A DNA stretch of 64,000 nt from Paracoccaceae bacterium (GTDB lineage Bacteria > Pseudomonadota > Alphaproteobacteria > Rhodobacterales > Rhodobacteraceae): assembly GCA_049602715.1 (NCBI GenBank), contig JBMYRX010000004.1:514-64513 (forward strand), read 5' to 3'. The notes under the pieces are model-generated. The model did not search any database and was not told the DNA's origin. It saw only the letters and a list, made by a program, of their open reading frames with translations. The translations under genes and the position numbers were made by a program. This document shows, in pieces, positions 18,020 through 26,908 of the stretch; position 1 is the stretch's first letter; every line of letters begins with the position of its first letter.

Positions 18020-19446
18020 ACAATCTTACCCCAGATTTACAACAAGTAATCATCCAGGCAGAAAGTGCTTTTGATGACCCCAGTGACTATTTTAAAAAAC
18101 TTTCAAAGCTTGTAACATTTAAAACTGAAAGCCAGCTTTCAACTTCGCTTCCTGTATTATTCGATTATTTGAATGAAGGTGTAGGCCCCTTATTTAAAGA
18201 GCTGGGATACGTTGTAAAAATTTTTGAAAATCCGATTGTTGGTGCTGGACCCGTAATGCTTGCAGAAAGAAATGAAGGTTCGCAATTTACGGTCGTTGGA
18301 TACGGCCATGGAGACGTAATACACGGACAAGAGGGGAAGTGGGATAATGATCGAAACCCATGGAAGTTAAGCTTTGAGGGTAATAAAGTCTACGGAAGAG
18401 GCACCGTTGACAATAAAGGCCAGCATCTTGCTCATTTAATTGCTCTTAAATCACTTATAAAAATAAATAATAAATTAGGTTTTAATCACCGTTTTATTAT
18501 TGAAATGGGAGAAGAAAATGGCTCCAGAGGTTTTCGACAATTAGTACAAGATAATTTAGGTTCTTTCTCTGGAGATGTTTTTTTTGCGTCGGATGGGCCT
18601 CGGACAGAGATAAAAAGGCCAAATATTACATTAGGAAATCGTGGAGTTCTAAACTTTGATCTTGTTTGCAACTCAAGGGAAGGAGGTCACCATTCGGGAA
18701 ATTGGGGAGGATTACTATCAAATCCTGCCATAGTTTTAGCGAATGCTATTGCTAGCATAATAGATTCTAAAGGTTCGCTAAAGGTAGACGGCCTTATGGT
18801 CAAGAGAATACCAGAAAATGTTAAAAAAGCATTAAAAGGGTTAAAAAGAGATGGAGGACCGAATTCGCCAGAAATTGATTTAAATTGGGGGCCGACGGAT
18901 CGATCAAGTATTGAAAAGGCGACTGCCAGTAATACATTTGAAGTTTTAAACTTTAGTGCAGGTGACCCTCTACATCCAGTCAACGCGGTACCACCTTTTG
19001 CGAAAGCTGCCTGTCAAATTAGATTTGTTATGGGAACAAGTTTAAAAGATATTATCCCCATTTTAAGGAAACATTTAGATAAATTTAATTTTGAAATGAT
19101 CGAAATTAATGATCCGCTACAATCGAATAGTATATCTTTTGAGGCAAGTAGAACTGATCCCAACAGTCCTTTTCCACAATGGGCTTCATCTATTATATCT
19201 GATGTTGCTAAAAATGACTGCGGTATTCTTCCTAATTCTGCTGGATCTAATATGACTGAGGTCATTCAATATGATTTAGATATCCCTATTGTGTGGCTTC
19301 CATTAAGCTACACGGGATGCTCTCAGCATGCTCCAAATGAACACATGTTAAAACCGCTCATGCGTGAAGGTATCGCTTTGGTTACCTCAATTTATTTTCA
19401 TTTAGGAGATAAGAGCTCTCAATCTTTGTTAAAGAAAAAATCTTAA
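18016..19446 (+). CDS. M20-family dipeptidase-like protein (paralog 2, tandem)
   Basis: 476 aa with the same motif set as the upstream gene (GYGHGDV, YGRGTVDNKGQ, EMGEENGS, CSQHAPNEH). Its TTG start overlaps the upstream stop (TTGA), and an AGGAG lies 10 nt upstream. Confidence 0.85.
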   Translation: MNNLTPDLQQVIIQAESAFDDPSDYFKKLSKLVTFKTESQLSTSLPVLFDYLNEGVGPLFKELGYVVKIFENPIVGAGPVMLAERNEGSQFTVVGYGHGDVIHGQEGKWDNDRNPWKLSFEGNKVYGRGTVDNKGQHLAHLIALKSLIKINNKLGFNHRFIIEMGEENGSRGFRQLVQDNLGSFSGDVFFASDGPRTEIKRPNITLGNRGVLNFDLVCNSREGGHHSGNWGGLLSNPAIVLANAIASIIDSKGSLKVDGLMVKRIPENVKKALKGLKRDGGPNSPEIDLNWGPTDRSSIEKATASNTFEVLNFSAGDPLHPVNAVPPFAKAACQIRFVMGTSLKDIIPILRKHLDKFNFEMIEINDPLQSNSISFEASRTDPNSPFPQWASSIISDVAKNDCGILPNSAGSNMTEVIQYDLDIPIVWLPLSYTGCSQHAPNEHMLKPLMREGIALVTSIYFHLGDKSSQSLLKKKS

Positions 19447-19465
19447 GTATCTGTTCTTAGATAAA

Positions 19466-20539
19466 TTAGTTGAACCTTTCGGCTCTTTGATATTGAGGTG
19501 GAATGGAGGATGAGGCGTTAAGCGCTTTAGCAGCTCTCCATGTCCAACGAGGATCTCTAAGAAACTCCCTTGCCAAAGCGATCATATCAGCTTGGCCTGT
19601 TCGAATAATTGAGTCAGCCTGTACAGGTTCAGTAATCATTCCAACGGCTATCACATTTGCACCTAATTCTTTACGAAGGTGGGCAGCTAGGCTTGTTTGA
19701 TAAGCACTACCCAAAGGAACTTGTTGTTTTAAAGAAATTCCACCGCTTGAAACATGAACGGAATCACAACCGCTTTCAATTAATAATTTGCTAAAAAGCG
19801 TAGTTTGCTCAAGATCCCAGCCTCCATCAACCCAATCCGTGGCCGATACTCTCATAATAAGTGGAATTTCTTTTGGTAAAACGGCTTTAACCGCCTCCAA
19901 AACCTCAAGAGGAAACTTAATACGGTTATCAAAAGAACCTCCATAAGAATCTGTTCTTTCATTACATATTGGAGAAAGAAACTGATGAAGTAAGTACCCA
20001 TGAGCACAATGGAGCTCTACAGCATCGATCCCCATTCTTATAGATCTTTCAGTAGCTTCAACGAATTTACTAATTATTCTATTCAATCCTGTTTGATCTA
20101 GCTGTTCTGGAGTATGCCAACCTTCTGCAAACTTATTTGGTGATGAGCTATACGTCAACCAGCCATCGGATTCGGGTAAAGCATTTCCACCTTCCCATGG
20201 CCGCTGGGAAGAAGCCTTTCTCCCTGCATGAGCCAGTTGAATCGCAATCTTACTATGGCCCACGGATTTACAAAAATCGATTACTCTTTTCATTTCTTTT
20301 TCATTTTCGTCGGAGTAAAGACCTGTACACCCATGGGTTATCCTACCCTCTGGCTCTACTGCAGTTGCTTCAATTGTTATTAATCCAGGCCCCCCCATTG
20401 CAACCTGTCCCAAATTCACAATATGCCAGTCATTCATTGTACCAGAAACGGCTGAATATTGGCACATTGGGGCAACATTAATCCGATTTTCTAAGATTAA
20501 ATTTCCAATTGAAATTTTATCAAAAAGGCCAACAGACAT
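19466..20539 (-). CDS. NADH:flavin oxidoreductase (Old Yellow Enzyme family)
   Basis: 357 aa with OYE motifs: VAPMCQYS, IQLAHAGRK, GIDAVELHCAHGYLLHQFLSP and NERTDSYGGS. Confidence 0.9.
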   Translation of the reverse strand: MSVGLFDKISIGNLILENRINVAPMCQYSAVSGTMNDWHIVNLGQVAMGGPGLITIEATAVEPEGRITHGCTGLYSDENEKEMKRVIDFCKSVGHSKIAIQLAHAGRKASSQRPWEGGNALPESDGWLTYSSSPNKFAEGWHTPEQLDQTGLNRIISKFVEATERSIRMGIDAVELHCAHGYLLHQFLSPICNERTDSYGGSFDNRIKFPLEVLEAVKAVLPKEIPLIMRVSATDWVDGGWDLEQTTLFSKLLIESGCDSVHVSSGGISLKQQVPLGSAYQTSLAAHLRKELGANVIAVGMITEPVQADSIIRTGQADMIALAREFLRDPRWTWRAAKALNASSSIPPQYQRAERFN

Positions 20540-20627
20540 AAAAACACTCCACTAATTAATTTTTTAGTATTTACTTATTAATTTTAGTAAAAGTAAATCA
20601 AAAATTCCAAAAAATAGATAAAAAGCT

Positions 20628-22193
20628 ATGGCAAAACCTAATTCATCCCTTTATCTTTTGAACGTATTATTTTGGAGATTCATCTTGGAAAAATATAGCG
20701 ACCCTAAATTAGTAGAACATGAAATACTTATCCAAGAAGATTTTAAAAGGCTAAACTATCCAGTTAAAAATTGGGTTCCAAAATTTATTGGACCTAATAA
20801 CAAACCACTTATTGATGTTCTCGTAATTGGTGGTGGTATGAATGGATTAGCTGCCGCTTTCGCCTTAAGGTGCCAGGGTGTTCAAAATATACGACAAGTT
20901 GATGAAAAAGAGTTTGGTCAAGCTGGGCCATGGTTAAACTTTGCCAGAATGCAATATCTTCGATCACCTAAACATTTGACAGGACCAGCCCTAAATATCC
21001 CAAATCTAACTTTTCGGGCCTGGTGGGAGGCAAAAAATTCAAAAGTTGGGTGGGAAAAATTAGGATTTATTAAACGTGAGGAATGGGCCGAGTATTTAAA
21101 ATGGTTTGAAAAAATTACAAATTCAAAAATTGAGTATAATACTAAAGTCACCAATATTGATTTTGTTAAACTTAAAGGTACTAAAAACCAAAATCTTCGA
21201 CCCTGTTACCGTGTCCACATAAGGAATACCAAAGGTGCGAATAGCTCATCAATAGACCCCGCTATCAACGACCCAATCTACGCCCGATATATAGTACTTG
21301 CAAATGGACGAGAAGGACTTGCACAGCCCAGAATCCCAAAGATCTTTAAAAATATACAATCAAAAAATATTTTCCATTCATCAGAAAAAATTAACTTTTC
21401 CTTTTTTAAAAATAAAAGAGTTTTTGTTGTTGGTGTAGGAGCATCTGCGTTAGATAATGCTGCATGTGCGGCCGAGGCTGGCGGTTCTGTCACGGTTATT
21501 GCTAGGGCTCCTAAAATGCCTTTATTAAATAAAATGAAGAACACCGTTTTCCCCGGTTTTGCTGAGGGCTTTCATGCACTTAAAGACCATGAGAAATTAG
21601 CTTGGATTACCCATATTCAAAATGAGAGGATAGCCCCACCAAAACACACCGTAGAAAGAGTCGAAAAACTGGGTATAAAATTAATTTTAGGGAGTGAAAT
21701 ATGTGACCTTAAAGAACTAGAGACAGAGTTTGAGTTAACTATCTCCAGTTTAAGAAATAAAAGAAAAACCTTTGCAGATTTTGTAATACTAGGTACGGGG
21801 TTCGTAATTGATCTGGAAAAAGTACCTGAGTTAGAAAGTTTTTCCAGTTATATTTTACTATGGAAAGACGTTTTGAAAAGTTATAAAAAGAGAGATGGCA
21901 GTATTATTGAGATGTTAGATTTCCCATACTTAGGAAAAAAGTTTGAATTCAAATCAACGATAGTTTCAAAACAAAATCATCTTAAAAACATTCGTTGTTT
22001 CAACCATGCAGCTCAACTATCTTTAGGAAATTTAGCAAACGATATACCTCATAGTAACGAAGGAGCACATCGTTTAGCAAAAGGTATCGCTGAAGATTTA
22101 TTCGAAGAGGATAAAACTATTCATTTTGAAAATTTAAAAAATTACACCGAATTAGAGATAACTGGCTCTGAATGGTCACAAATCCCAGACTAA
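20628..22193 (+). CDS. FAD/NAD(P)-binding flavoprotein monooxygenase-like oxidoreductase
   Basis: 521 aa with two dinucleotide-binding motifs (VLVIGGGMNGLAAA and VFVVGVGASALDNA). The true start may be an internal TTG preceded by GGAGA, near 20680. Confidence 0.7.
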   Translation: MAKPNSSLYLLNVLFWRFILEKYSDPKLVEHEILIQEDFKRLNYPVKNWVPKFIGPNNKPLIDVLVIGGGMNGLAAAFALRCQGVQNIRQVDEKEFGQAGPWLNFARMQYLRSPKHLTGPALNIPNLTFRAWWEAKNSKVGWEKLGFIKREEWAEYLKWFEKITNSKIEYNTKVTNIDFVKLKGTKNQNLRPCYRVHIRNTKGANSSSIDPAINDPIYARYIVLANGREGLAQPRIPKIFKNIQSKNIFHSSEKINFSFFKNKRVFVVGVGASALDNAACAAEAGGSVTVIARAPKMPLLNKMKNTVFPGFAEGFHALKDHEKLAWITHIQNERIAPPKHTVERVEKLGIKLILGSEICDLKELETEFELTISSLRNKRKTFADFVILGTGFVIDLEKVPELESFSSYILLWKDVLKSYKKRDGSIIEMLDFPYLGKKFEFKSTIVSKQNHLKNIRCFNHAAQLSLGNLANDIPHSNEGAHRLAKGIAEDLFEEDKTIHFENLKNYTELEITGSEWSQIPD

Positions 22194-24013
22194 CATTTAA
22201 AGTGCTCTATTCTATCCTCTGACGCATCGTAAAAGCGTTTCCGATGGAACATTTTCTTTGTTTTGGATGCATTTTCTCTACGTTTAATTGTTTCAGGTTC
22301 ATTTATTTCTCTATCGTTTCTTTGTAAAACAACACCATAGTCATTTAACGCACTTTCCTTGGATACCTTACCGTCCATTACATCGTTCAATACATTTAAT
22401 GGACAACGTTCATAGGGAGAACCCCAGCCCCCGCCGCCAGGTGTTATAATTCTTATTAAGTCACCCCGATTAAGTATATTACCATCACTTAATGGCTTTA
22501 ATTCTTTTGGGGAATCAGTATCGGGATTTATAAGAACTTGCCCTCCCGCTCCATTTAATCCCCCATTCACTCCAAACGCAGGATAGGTACAATTATCAAT
22601 TCGTATCCCAAGCACCATCTCATCAAGAAGCACTCTAATATCACGCGTTATACCACAACCACCTCGATATTTTCCAGGTCCACCAGAGTCTGAGTGAAAA
22701 GAAAAACTCTCAATCTCGATACCAAACTCCATTTCAGCAAATTCGACAGGATAATTTTCTTGAGCTACGTAATAAACAGCGTCTAGACCATCAGCGAAAT
22801 TACGGGCGCCATAACCCACAGAAAGACCTTCAATACACAACTCTTCCCCTTTATTAGGCGATTTTCCACGTAAGTAATATAGTACATAAACACTCGACGC
22901 AGCAGACGCATTCCCATTAGTAGCTTGTGCTAACGTACCAAATAATGACGAATTTACTCTAAACATTGAATGTGATCTTAACCCTAAGGGAGCTGGTGAA
23001 TTTGGGTTCAATAAGCTACCTGATCGTGTTTTAACGGTCTTTACAGCTCGTTGGAAGCCAGCATTCATAACTATATTTGGATTATCCTTTGTTAAAAATA
23101 GTCCTAACATAAACTTAGGAACACTACTGTGCATAACAAAATTTATAGGGCCTTTAGCCTGCTGCTCTGTTTCAGAGAAATCTAAGATTAATTCACCATT
23201 TTCAGATTGCATAATAAGATCTATGTAATAGCTATCATCGGTCACTGCGTCACTATCGATCCTATCTCTAAAGGACCATTCGCCGTCAGGAATTCTTTTC
23301 TCAATTTCAGATTTGACCGCGAATTCACTTTGACTAATAATTTCTTCGAAAGCATCCTCCAAACTACTTCCATTATATTTAGAAATTATAGCTTCAACTC
23401 TTCGTTTTCCAAGCTCACATGCCGCCATTATACTATTCAAATCACCTTCTAAAAGTTCTGGAAATCTAGAGTTTTGTGTGAAAATCCGAAAGACCTCTTC
23501 ATTTCTGACTCCATTTCGTACAATCCGAACTGGAGGTATCATTATGCCTTCTTGAAATACTGAAGTTGCAGATGGGCTTATCGACCCAGGTACGGAACCG
23601 CCAATATCCCACAAATGCCCCCAACACTCGACAAAAGCTGTAAGTCTATCAGAGGAGAAGACAGGCATGATAAACACCATATCTGGCAGATGGCTTACAG
23701 CTCCTTTCGTATAATAAGGATCGTTGTACCAATATATATCACCATCGAGCATCGTGTCGATCGGGTAAGTTTCCAAAACAGAATCTAATAGATTTCCCGC
23801 CAGAGTTAAACTTGTTGAAACAACCAACTCACCGTCTCGATTTAAAATAGCGGTAAAAAAATCCTTTTTTTCGCGAATAAAGGGTGACATTGAGGTACGA
23901 GTTATTAAGGCTTCCATTTCCCTTCTCGCGCCAGTTAATGCCCCTTTAATAAGCTCAAATTTAATCTGATCCTTCGCAGACCCGCGAAATGCTTTAATTA
24001 ATCTATTAGTCAT
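22190..24013 (-). CDS. Hydantoinase B/oxoprolinase-family protein (set 1, B subunit)
   Basis: 607 aa, HyuB-like throughout (GGPGKYRGGCG, TPGGGGWG). It overlaps the upstream hyuA-like gene by 8 nt. Confidence 0.9.
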   Translation of the reverse strand: MTNRLIKAFRGSAKDQIKFELIKGALTGARREMEALITRTSMSPFIREKKDFFTAILNRDGELVVSTSLTLAGNLLDSVLETYPIDTMLDGDIYWYNDPYYTKGAVSHLPDMVFIMPVFSSDRLTAFVECWGHLWDIGGSVPGSISPSATSVFQEGIMIPPVRIVRNGVRNEEVFRIFTQNSRFPELLEGDLNSIMAACELGKRRVEAIISKYNGSSLEDAFEEIISQSEFAVKSEIEKRIPDGEWSFRDRIDSDAVTDDSYYIDLIMQSENGELILDFSETEQQAKGPINFVMHSSVPKFMLGLFLTKDNPNIVMNAGFQRAVKTVKTRSGSLLNPNSPAPLGLRSHSMFRVNSSLFGTLAQATNGNASAASSVYVLYYLRGKSPNKGEELCIEGLSVGYGARNFADGLDAVYYVAQENYPVEFAEMEFGIEIESFSFHSDSGGPGKYRGGCGITRDIRVLLDEMVLGIRIDNCTYPAFGVNGGLNGAGGQVLINPDTDSPKELKPLSDGNILNRGDLIRIITPGGGGWGSPYERCPLNVLNDVMDGKVSKESALNDYGVVLQRNDREINEPETIKRRENASKTKKMFHRKRFYDASEDRIEHFKC

Positions 24014-26090
24014 TAAAGCACTCCTTAATCAGTAAATTCCCGAATTGATCTACAAACAACTTTTGGTTTCTAAGAAGGATGGTTGTTGAATCTAATTGGT
24101 CTATGATTGCGGGACCATAAATTACATGGCCATGACAAAGTTCATCTCTATCAAAGACCTTAACTTCTTCAAATATCTCTTGATCAATAACAGCTAACCT
24201 ACTTTTTTTGGAGGTTGGCTCTATTTCCTTTGTGACGTCAATTATTGGAGGAGCTATATGCTCTAACAATCCGAAAGCCTGAACTCTAAGGTTGACTAGT
24301 TCAACAGGAGCATCGGGATCCGAAAATGTATATAATTGTTTGTGAAGTTTATGAAAATTATTAATTGCTTTATTTGTTGTCTGCTTATCAACTTTTCCTA
24401 AAGGAAAAGAAACAGATAGTTCGGTTCCCTGCCCAGAATATCTAAAATCAGCTAAACGAACAATTCTTCTTTTTTTAGGTACAATATTATCAAGTGCTAA
24501 TCTTTTATTTGCTTGTTTATTTAGCTCATTGAAAGCGTCATCCATTACTTTAAAATTAAAATTGTCTGATCTTTGGAGTTTGGTCACCATAAAATCGTAC
24601 TTTAAGTCTGTGGCCAATAACCCATTAGCACATAAGATTCCGGGATATCTCGGAATAATAAGAGAGTTAACCGACAGTAACCTCATTAAATCTCCCCCAT
24701 GAACTGGGCCTGCTCCACCAAATGCAGCTAAAACAAAATCTGCAGGATCTAGACCTCTTTCAACGGACATTAATTTCAAGGCCCCATGCATTGTCTCATT
24801 AACAATTTTAATGATTCCAAGACTTGCTTCAACAATATTTGTTCCCAGCGGTTTAGCAACAAATTCCTCGATCGAATTTAAAGCTGCTTTAACATCCAAC
24901 TTAACAGATCCTCCAAGCAAATGAGGTGGTATTCGACCCAAGGCCAAGTTAGCATCGGTAACAGTCGGAAAAACTCCACCCTTATTATAAGATGCTGGTC
25001 CTGGATTGGCTCCTGCGCTCTCAGGGCCAACTAGTATCGCACCATTATCAGCAACAGATGCGATAGAGCCCCCTCCTGCGCCAATAGTATGAATATCAAT
25101 TATAGGTAATGCCAAAGGTTGTTTGTTTATTCGTGCTTCAGTACTTACTTGAAGTTTTCCATCTAAAACCAATGCTATGTCTGCACTAGTTCCACCCATG
25201 TCGATGGTAATGAGATTTCTGTGACCCGAAAGTTTACCGATAAAAGCTGCACCACTCATACCGGCAGCTGGTCCTGACAAAGCCATATAAGCACCAAAAC
25301 GCGATGCCTCTTCAGGTGGAAAAATTCCTCCGTTTGATTTCATAATATAAAGAGGTGATTTTATCTTAATATTTTTCAACTTGTCTTCTAATTGCCTTAC
25401 GTAATTACCTACAATAGGTTGAACAGCAGCGTTTATTACTGTCGCCATTGCACGTTCATACTCACGAAAAATTGGTAAAACTTCTGAAGATATAGATACC
25501 TCTACGTTTGGAAGTGCCTTTTTAATTTCTTGTTTAATTTTAATTTCATGAATTGGGTTCGCGTAAGAGTGGAGCAGAGAGATTGCAACGGCACTATAGC
25601 CTTCTTTACCAATAATTTTTATAATATTTTTGACAGAATCTAACTCTAAATCTTTTACAACTGAACCATCATATTTAACTCTTTCTGTTACTTCAAAAAT
25701 ATCTCGAGGAGAAACCGGCCTTTGTGGTTTAACCCACCCGTATAAGTTTTCTTCCCTAGGAATTTCTGCTCTACCGATCTCTAAAACATGCCTAAAGCCC
25801 TTAGTTGTGATTAACGCTGTTTTTGAAAGTTTTCCCTCTAAAATTGCATTTGTGACTACTGTGGATCCGTGTAGGACGACTTCAATTGATTTTTCTTGGG
25901 CATTGACAGAATCCATAACTAGCTTAACCGCATCGATAAATCCGTCTGAAGGGGCTAAAGGCGTCGACGGTGTTTTTGCTATTTCAAATAGAGTACCATC
26001 TCGATCGGCAATAACCACATCAGTAAAAGTTCCACCGATATCAATTGCAACTGAAAGCTCCGGGTCGTGTATGCCAGAATCCTTCTTCAC
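24006..26090 (-). CDS. Hydantoinase A/oxoprolinase-family protein (set 1, A subunit)
   Basis: 694 aa with the N-terminal AIDIGGTFTDVV motif and internal DMGGTSADI and GAGGGSIA ATPase motifs. Confidence 0.9.
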   Translation of the reverse strand: MKKDSGIHDPELSVAIDIGGTFTDVVIADRDGTLFEIAKTPSTPLAPSDGFIDAVKLVMDSVNAQEKSIEVVLHGSTVVTNAILEGKLSKTALITTKGFRHVLEIGRAEIPREENLYGWVKPQRPVSPRDIFEVTERVKYDGSVVKDLELDSVKNIIKIIGKEGYSAVAISLLHSYANPIHEIKIKQEIKKALPNVEVSISSEVLPIFREYERAMATVINAAVQPIVGNYVRQLEDKLKNIKIKSPLYIMKSNGGIFPPEEASRFGAYMALSGPAAGMSGAAFIGKLSGHRNLITIDMGGTSADIALVLDGKLQVSTEARINKQPLALPIIDIHTIGAGGGSIASVADNGAILVGPESAGANPGPASYNKGGVFPTVTDANLALGRIPPHLLGGSVKLDVKAALNSIEEFVAKPLGTNIVEASLGIIKIVNETMHGALKLMSVERGLDPADFVLAAFGGAGPVHGGDLMRLLSVNSLIIPRYPGILCANGLLATDLKYDFMVTKLQRSDNFNFKVMDDAFNELNKQANKRLALDNIVPKKRRIVRLADFRYSGQGTELSVSFPLGKVDKQTTNKAINNFHKLHKQLYTFSDPDAPVELVNLRVQAFGLLEHIAPPIIDVTKEIEPTSKKSRLAVIDQEIFEEVKVFDRDELCHGHVIYGPAIIDQLDSTTILLRNQKLFVDQFGNLLIKECFND

Positions 26091-26091
26091 A

Positions 26092-26868
26092 TTATGGTCC
26101 TCCGGTTACTGCAAGAGTTTGTCCTGTCACCCACTCAGCAAGATCAGAAGCAAAAAATAACGTTGCATTTGCAATATCCTCAGGCCTCCCTACTCGTCGC
26201 ATAGCTATCGAGTTAACTAAAGCAGCCTGACCTTGATCGCCATATGACTCCCATTGTTTTATATAATCAGGACTTGTTGGCATAAAGCCGGGAGCAACAG
26301 AGTTTACTGTGATTCCGAATTGACCTAATTCAGCTGATAACTGTTTAACGAAACCTATTTGAGCGGCCTTAGCCGTACCATAGCTTTGTACACCAGTTAA
26401 AGAAACACCAAGGCCCGCTCGGCTAGATATAACTATCAGTCTACCTTTTTTGTTACGTTTCATTCCAGGAACAACAGCTCGCGAAAGGTTAAAGAAACCA
26501 TCAACATTTACGGATTGTATAATTCGCCAATCCTCATCTGTGACGTCTTCAATTGGTGTTTTAAATCTAGAACGTACACCTCCTGCTGAGTGTACTGCTA
26601 TATCTACAGAACCTTTGTCAACTTGATCCTCTATGCTACTTACAACTGCTTCAACTTCTTTAGGGTTAGTAACGTCGCAATGAATGCATTTTATCCTCGA
26701 TGCTATTTTTGAATTCAAGCCAGATAATATCTCATCTAAAAGTTTTTTTTCAATATCCAAAGCCCAAACATCCGCACCGTTTTCTGCAAATGTTCGAACT
26801 ATTGTCCGACCAATTCCACGGACGCCACCAGTTACAAGGACAGAAGACCCCTTAAAGTTTATTTCCAT
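26092..26868 (-). CDS. Short-chain dehydrogenase/reductase
   Basis: 258 aa with TGGVRGIGR, a YGTAKAA catalytic motif and a C-terminal VTGQTLAVTGG. It abuts the downstream hyuA-like start. Confidence 0.9.
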   Translation of the reverse strand: MEINFKGSSVLVTGGVRGIGRTIVRTFAENGADVWALDIEKKLLDEILSGLNSKIASRIKCIHCDVTNPKEVEAVVSSIEDQVDKGSVDIAVHSAGGVRSRFKTPIEDVTDEDWRIIQSVNVDGFFNLSRAVVPGMKRNKKGRLIVISSRAGLGVSLTGVQSYGTAKAAQIGFVKQLSAELGQFGITVNSVAPGFMPTSPDYIKQWESYGDQGQAALVNSIAMRRVGRPEDIANATLFFASDLAEWVTGQTLAVTGGP

Positions 26869-26908
26869 CTTATTAACCTTTCAATAATTACTGAATTTTT
26901 GGCCGTAC

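Noticed and set aside
25630-26160. 176-aa + strand ORF inside the hyuA-like gene. Similar antisense ORFs occur at 20137-20481, 46204-46542, 57659-58045, 60354-60707 and 61870-62193.
   Set aside because: All lie opposite ORFs with strong family motifs. They have S/T/P/L-rich shadow-frame composition and no ribosome-binding context. They are typical antisense artefacts.
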